A stretch of DNA of 63,484 nt, the filler included, from Thraustochytrium aureum (taxonomy: Eukaryota), in NCBI GenBank assembly GCA_012862495.1. It is 6 parts of 4 records of this genome, joined end to end, with 100 filler letters (N's around TTAATTAATTAA, not from the genome) between each part and the next. Parts side by side here need not be neighbours in the genome. Positions count along the whole stretch, not along the records: positions 56,360 to 62,375 come from BLSG01000385.1; positions 62,476 to 63,484 come from BLSG01000404.1; 4 more parts are not named here. One strand, written 5' to 3'. The notes beneath the pieces were generated by a model. It did not search any database. It was not told the origin of the DNA and saw only the letters and a program-made list of their open reading frames with translations. Each line of letters begins with the position of its first letter. Within the stretch, counting starts at the first letter, position 1. Made by a program: the position numbers and the translations under genes. This document shows, piece by piece, positions 58,110 to 63,484 of the stretch.

Positions 58110-59126
58110 TCACAATCGCGAGGCGGGGCTGGAGCCAGGTTGCACAAGAAACTTGTCGTCGAGCCACTTGAGAAGGACCTCATTGACGCGCTGCGGCTGC
58201 TCTTGCAAGACCCAATGCCCGGCGTTTGCGACATTGTGAATGACGAGGTCTTCTATCCACGCAGGCATGTGCTTGACCATTGAGGGAGGCAGAGTGGCGT
58301 CATTGGCAGCTGTTACCATCAGGCTTGGCACGGCGACCTTGCGTCCTTGCGTCTTGGCGTTCCAGCGCCAGTTGCGCTCCACATTGCGGTACCAGGAGAG
58401 AATGCCGAAGAAGCCCGTTTGCTCAAACTGCCAAGCGTAGTACCTGAGATCTGCTTCGGAGAGGATCTCGCTTCGCTCCACGGCCGCAGGGTACTTGACC
58501 ATTGCGCCGCCGTCGCTTGTGGGCTTCCACGGCGACTTGGTAAAGTCTCCCGTGTTGGCCATGTCGCGCGCGCTCGTGCCGCGGATCATACACTTGACCG
58601 TTCGGGTGTAGTCGGCCTCAAACTCGCGCTCGGCAGCTTCTGTCTGGAAATACACTTGGTAGTCGAAGCGGCCCGGGTTTGCCAGGATTTTCGGCCACGG
58701 GTTGCTGTCCTTGTGAGGGAAAAATGGCGTGCAGAACGCGGCAATTCCCGCCACGCGGTTCGCGTGGTGCAAGCCAAAGTTCCACACGACAGTGCCGCCC
58801 CAGTCGTGGCCGCACAGCACTACACGGTCCAGCAGCATTGCGTCCATGAGCGCGACGAGGTCGTTCGTGATGTTTTCCATGCAATACCATGCTGGGTCGT
58901 CCCTGTTCACCGGCGTCGTCTCGCCGTACCCTCGGAGGTCTGGCGCGATGGCTCTGTACCCAGCGTTCGCGAGTGCAACGAGCTGGTGCCGCCACCCGAA
59001 CCACGAGTCGGGAAACCCGTGAACCAAAAGCAGCGTGTGCTCAATGCGCGGCTCGCCCGCAGGCACGGCCTCCACATAGTGCATATCCAGCCCCGTCGAG
59101 AGCTTGCAGCGCGAGTGGCGTATCAT
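58110..59126 (-). CDS. Soluble-epoxide-hydrolase-type alpha/beta hydrolase ending in SRL (PTS1); true start may be further upstream
   Basis: HGFPD.W..WRHQ, APDLRGYG, GHDWGG, YQ.YFQ, WYRN, GHW..QE.P..VN; C-terminal SRL. Confidence 0.92.
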   Translation of the reverse strand: MIRHSRCKLSTGLDMHYVEAVPAGEPRIEHTLLLVHGFPDSWFGWRHQLVALANAGYRAIAPDLRGYGETTPVNRDDPAWYCMENITNDLVALMDAMLLDRVVLCGHDWGGTVVWNFGLHHANRVAGIAAFCTPFFPHKDSNPWPKILANPGRFDYQVYFQTEAAEREFEADYTRTVKCMIRGTSARDMANTGDFTKSPWKPTSDGGAMVKYPAAVERSEILSEADLRYYAWQFEQTGFFGILSWYRNVERNWRWNAKTQGRKVAVPSLMVTAANDATLPPSMVKHMPAWIEDLVIHNVANAGHWVLQEQPQRVNEVLLKWLDDKFLVQPGSSPASRL

Positions 59127-59926
59127 CCTTCGTCGCGTGGCGGACTGACGCAGGAATCCGTGCCTCCGAGCCAAAGCGCCTGGAGACCCGACCAGAGCCA
59201 CTTACTCCACCCAAACGCGCGCGCCGCCAGACGCTGGCCTGGTCGTGGTCGTCCAATTCGGCGCCTTGCCCCGCTGCTCTGCTCGGATTCGGCTCTGGCT
59301 CCCCGAGATGAAGTGGGTGTTTGCGATGTCTCGGACATTGTTCACCAGAAAAACGAAGATCATAAATGCAACGCAGGCGCTACCAAAGGCAGCATTCTCG
59401 ACAAAGCCCATCTTCCTCGCCTCCATCATCATCATGGACGGCCCCCGACTCCTCGTGCGGGTCCTCGTGCGGGTCCTCGTGCGGGTCTTGGCATTGTCTC
59501 GAACGTCCGCGCATGGCGAGCTCGCCATTTTGGCACCGAGTGGGACCGTCTCACGCCACTCGTAGACGCAGCCGCGCGTGCGCAAGGTTTGCCTGGCCTC
59601 GCTGGCTCTGTGCGGTCGCTCTCATCCTCCACGGCGGCGCGCCCACGGCGTTCGGTCTTGGCTGGCCAGCGATGCACAGGTCGCGCAGCAAGATGGCTGG
59701 GGGTCTGGCGGTCGCTGCGCGGGAGCAGATCGAGGCTGCTTATGATGGCTCAGGCGTCTGCTCGGACGGAGGCGCTTGGACGCCTCGACTCGTGCTGGGC
59801 CCTCCGCTCGGCGTGGCGCTCGGCGCTGTTGGAGAATCAAGACAAAGCAAGATGAAACAAGGCGAAACTCAAAGAGACACGCTTACATTCTGCAAGCCGG
59901 AGCACGGCGCGCAATCAACGCGCCAA

Positions 59927-60622
59927 TCAGACGCGCGTCGTAAAGAGCTTGGAGCGGACCTCAGGCATGAGCTCGTCGAAAGCGGTCGCAAGACGCGAGT
60001 CAAGCGTGTTGTCGCAGACGATGCGGCCGCCAGCGGCGAGAAGCTGAACACCCCCAGCGCACGACTTTTTGCCCGAACCGTCCGCCGGGGGCGGGAGGCA
60101 CTTGCCGCCCGGGTTGACCTCGAGCGAGCAGGTCGCCGTCTGCCCGGTGGTCTGCTTCATGAGGTCGATGTACTTCTTGGCAGCAGGGGCCGTGGCCTTC
60201 TTGGCGACTTCTACGTCACAGGCGCGCACGATGACCTGCACGTTGGGCTCGTTGAGCTTGATGAGGCCCTGCACGATCAAGTCGGTAAGCATTGCTTGGT
60301 ATTTGACCTTGTCTCCGGTCACGTCCTGCAGCGCCTTGACGGAGGCGGCCTTCACCTGGTCGAGGAGCTCCTCGCGAACCTTCATCTTCTTGACGCGGAG
60401 CTGGGCCTCGGCGCGCGAGACGCGCACGCGCTCCATGGTGTCGATGCGCTTCTCCTCCTCGCGAATCTCGGCCTGGATCTTGTTCTTGGCTGCATGCACC
60501 ATCATCGAGCTCTCCAAGTTGGCGTCATGCTGGGTCTTCAGCCGCAGCTCGTTCACCTTTTCCTTGGCCTCCTGCAGGATGAACGTGCACATCTGCTCGA
60601 GCTGCTGGTCGCGTTCCGCCAT
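59927..60622 (-). CDS. ATP6V1E: V-type proton ATPase subunit E
   Basis: QM..FILQEAKEK.NE, Y...L..LIVQGL.KL.E..V, GGV.L....RIVCDNTLDSRL, P.VR.KLF. Confidence 0.96.
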   Translation of the reverse strand: MAERDQQLEQMCTFILQEAKEKVNELRLKTQHDANLESSMMVHAAKNKIQAEIREEEKRIDTMERVRVSRAEAQLRVKKMKVREELLDQVKAASVKALQDVTGDKVKYQAMLTDLIVQGLIKLNEPNVQVIVRACDVEVAKKATAPAAKKYIDLMKQTTGQTATCSLEVNPGGKCLPPPADGSGKKSCAGGVQLLAAGGRIVCDNTLDSRLATAFDELMPEVRSKLFTTRV

Positions 60623-61075
60623 CTTCCCGAGCCTTTTCGCCTTTCCACCTCCACTTCAGGGCAGCGCTGTCAGCTCCTCCCCCGCCGAGCGCCGCAGCTC
60701 GAGCAAAACCCGCGCAGCAGCCGGTCCAAAGCGCAAGCCAAGCAGACGAGCGCAGGGCGCGCCAAGAGCCTCGCCGCCAAGTTTCGCGGGACTCGGCCGG
60801 GCGCGCACTGACGCACGCACGCCGACGGGCGCCGCCCACCCACAAACACAAAAACTCACCACGACCTCGCCGAGCAACAATCCAAAAAGCACCTCCCCGC
60901 AGCGCGCAAGAATCCGCGGCCCTGGCACCCTCCCGCCTACTCTGCTGCCTGACTCCCGGCCTGCCTGCTCGACCAGACCGTGCGCTCTGCGTGCTTGGCG
61001 GTCTGCTGCTGCTGCTGCTGCTGCTCCTTGTCTGTCTGTCTGTCTGTCTGTCTCCACTGCAGCCCCGCCAGAGTA

Positions 61076-61368
61076 TTCAATCGCCCTTCAGTAGAGTTCA
61101 ATCGATAATTCAATCGCCCCTCGGTAGAGTTCAATCGATCATTAAATCGCCCCTCGGTAGAGTTCAATCGATCATTAAATCGGCACTCAGTAGAGTTCAA
61201 TCGTGAATTCAATCGGCACTCGGTAGAGTTCAATCGTGAATTCAATCGGCACTCGGTAGAGTTCAATCGCGAATTCAATTGACACGCATTGGGGTTCAAT
61301 CGCGAATTCAATCGACACGCAGTGGGGTTCAATCGCGAATTCAATCGACATGCAGTGGGGTTCAATCG
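61076..61368. repeat. 33-bp tandem array, 9 units: TTCAATCG-N13-TTCAATCG-N4
   Basis: Units read directly, e.g. ttcaatcg-gcactcggtagag-ttcaatcg-tgaa; variants change progressively along the array. Confidence 0.93.
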
Positions 61369-61754
61369 GCTCGCTTGCGGGGCAGAATCGCGGTGCGCTT
61401 GGCCGCTGATTCCTTGCGACACCATCACGCCGCGGGTCGCCGCGTGGCGAGACCGCTACGTAGTATGGGCGAGCGCATTGTGACCAAAGCTTGTCCAGGG
61501 CCTGAGAGCAAGCACGCGGCGCGCCCTGGCCCGTGCTGGCGCCGCATCCCCCCGCTTCTATGATGATATGATGCCCAAAGCACCCCACTCGTTGCGCGCC
61601 TGTCGCTCCGCCAGCTGCTTGTCTGACGCAGCCTGGGCATCGCCTCATGCGCGCCGCCTGCCTCCTGCGCGCGCGCGCGCCGGAGACCAACTGAAAGTTT
61701 GGTGTCGTCCATCTTGTGGAGTTGGACGACGTCGAGGACGAGGCCCCGGGGCGG

Positions 61755-61785
<31 letters not shown>

Positions 61786-62063
61786 TGGGGTACTGAAAAA
61801 CGGGTGTGGAGGTCAAGGCGCTCCGCTCCTGCGGCGAGAATGGCTTGCTTGCTTTTGGTTGTTTCAAAGTCGCCATAGCTGCTGCTGGCGCCGCGCGTCT
61901 CGCGGTGGTCGTGGCTGACGGCGACACTGCTCTTGGCTGCCGCGCGGGTCAGGCCGCGCCGGCGCGCGCCACATCGGCGAGCCCCGCATGGCGGTGGTGG
62001 GGCTTGCAACCACCCAGACCACAACGCCCAGCTTGGCACGCCGCCCAGAGACCAGAGCGCCGA

Positions 62064-62375
62064 TCAAATAAGCTTGTCACGGCGGTGCAGCTTGTTGAGC
62101 GAGCGCGCTGTGTAAATCATGTAGCCCGCGACGCAGACCACAACAATTGCCAAGGGCATCTTCCAGCCACCGGCGCCGCTGCTCGCTGCAACACTCGTGG
62201 CAACCTTGACGCCGACGCTCGCCTCGAGCATGGCCAAGCGCTTCTCCATCTGCGTGTGCAACTCGTCTTCCAGGTCGGCGAGCCGGGCGTCCAGCTTGCG
62301 GTCAAGCGCCTTCTCCTTTTGCTTCTCGAGCGAAGCGATGCGCTCCTCAGAGCCCTCCTCGCGCTCCTCGAGCTT
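62064..62375 (-). CDS. C-terminus of a coiled-coil + TM protein (possibly ERGIC-53/VIP36-like lectin); 5' truncated
   Basis: KLEEREEGSEERIASLEKQ... coiled coil, GWKMPLAIVVVCVAGYMIY TM, short basic tail KLHRRDKLI. Confidence 0.45.
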   Translation of the reverse strand, partial: KLEEREEGSEERIASLEKQKEKALDRKLDARLADLEDELHTQMEKRLAMLEASVGVKVATSVAASSGAGGWKMPLAIVVVCVAGYMIYTARSLNKLHRRDKLI

Positions 62376-62475
62376 NNNNNNNNNNNNNNNNNNNNNNNNN
62401 NNNNNNNNNNNNNNNNNNNTTAATTAATTAANNNNNNNNNNNNNNNNNNNNNNNNNNNNNNNNNNNNNNNNNNNN

Positions 62476-63484
62476 CCTGCTTGAGAGGTTTCTGTTCCTC
62501 TCCCGCAGAATGGACACCATCGTATTCATCTGAAGTCCAGCTGCGATCTTGTTGAATTGGGCAGCGCTCCCGCCTCCCCCAATTAAATGCCGAAAAGCGT
62601 CCAGGGTCTCTTCTGAGCTCTTGCGAAGCTCCTCCAGAGAAAAGTCCCGCAACTGGGTGACGTTGCTGTCCCGCGTTCCATTGCCAGTCCAGCGCGCGGC
62701 GCACAGCTCAGCAAACTGCTCTCGCGAGAGCTGCCGTTTGGTGACGCCTTTCGCTGCGTCAGCCATACCTGCAGCAGGCGCTGTATCCGCTCGAGGCATT
62801 GAGGCCGCACCAGGAGAACCAAGCAAGACCTCAATCGGGTCTTGCACAGATGAATCTGTGCGAAAGTCGCCGAATGTCACGCCCGCTGCGGCAACCTCTT
62901 CCTCCTCGTCATCACTTGCCCCAACCAGCGCGTCCTCGGCGCCTGCGTCGTCGTCTTCAACTTCGTCAAGATCCTCCTCGACGACGTTGGCATCGTGGCT
63001 GTCGCCATCTGCTGCATCAAGATCGTCGCCCCAAGCCTCAACCTCGTCGCTTGAAGAGTTGGTCGCGTGGTCGGAGCTGGCGCTTGCGCACGGCTCCGAG
63101 GCATGAGGCGCGGGCGGCGGGTTGTCACTACACTGCGCGACAGCTGCGGCCGGCGTGCCAAGAAGCGGCGGCAAAGTCTGCGGCGTCGCAACGTGGAATC
63201 GAATCGCCCTGCTTAACTCCATGCTCTTGGAAAAGCCCACCTTGTCGTTCACCAGCGTCGCTTGGCTCTCATCATCAAGGACGAGGTGATGCTCGTGCCG
63301 CAGCATGTGCTCAGCAAGTTTAGCGTACCCGACGGACGACGCGATGAAGCACTTGGAGCAGCCGCGCGCCGACCCGTGGGCCGGGCACCGTAGGTACCAA
63401 CCACCTGTGCCTACAATTCGCGTGGACCCAGGCTTGCCCCAAAGCGCGCGAAGCGCGCAGGTCTCGACTGAATGGACGCTACTT
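62476..63484 (-). CDS. Partial ORF with BED/C2H2-like zinc finger and acidic linker (possible DNA-transposon protein)
   Basis: Frame stays open upstream of the listed ORF: W...WYLRCPAHGSARGCSKCFIASSVGYAKLAEHMLRHEH. Confidence 0.4.

Noticed and set aside
61076..61368. CRISPR array
   Set aside because: Eukaryotic context, 8-nt repeat, spacers only 4 and 13 nt and related to each other, no cas genes.
14281..62431. Recurrent TTAATTAATTAA motif as a biological repeat or insertion site
   Set aside because: Always centred in fixed-length N-runs and gives stops in all six frames, so it is an assembly linker. Gene adjacency across it is meaningless.

Overview
Gapped draft assembly of a GC-rich, intron-poor, flagellated microbial eukaryote. 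IFT52, V-ATPase E, RRP7, Pol III tRNA genes, one clear GT-AG intron and GCCT/GCCA microsatellites are present; a stramenopile such as a thraustochytrid is my inference. The window is not one contiguous locus: five artificial N-TTAATTAATTAA-N linkers (~14281, 21377, 38649, 56304, 62420) join six scaffolds. Many genes carry 1-2 nt frameshifts in homopolymer or CG runs that look like sequencing errors. Housekeeping genes include an ExoIII/APE endonuclease, a RAD51D-like paralog, M18 aspartyl aminopeptidase, an AspH-type dioxygenase, two identical tRNA-Glu(TTC) genes, DNMT2, epoxide hydrolase, and LRR, FHA, GIDE, DUF1769, PPP1R36-like and Churchill proteins. Top lead: a compositionally distinct head-to-head cassette (~11.6-14.0 kb) with a DEDDh exonuclease and a very divergent Snf7/ESCRT-III gene around an AT-rich spacer, possibly derived from a large DNA virus. 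Other leads are a tyrosine-recombinase-like frame at the left edge that the ORF track missed, a Crinkler/RHS-type REase gene, a bacterial-like GH8-type glycosidase, a membrane-anchored TTL-family ligase, and a polarised 33-bp array that reads as a hendecad coiled coil.
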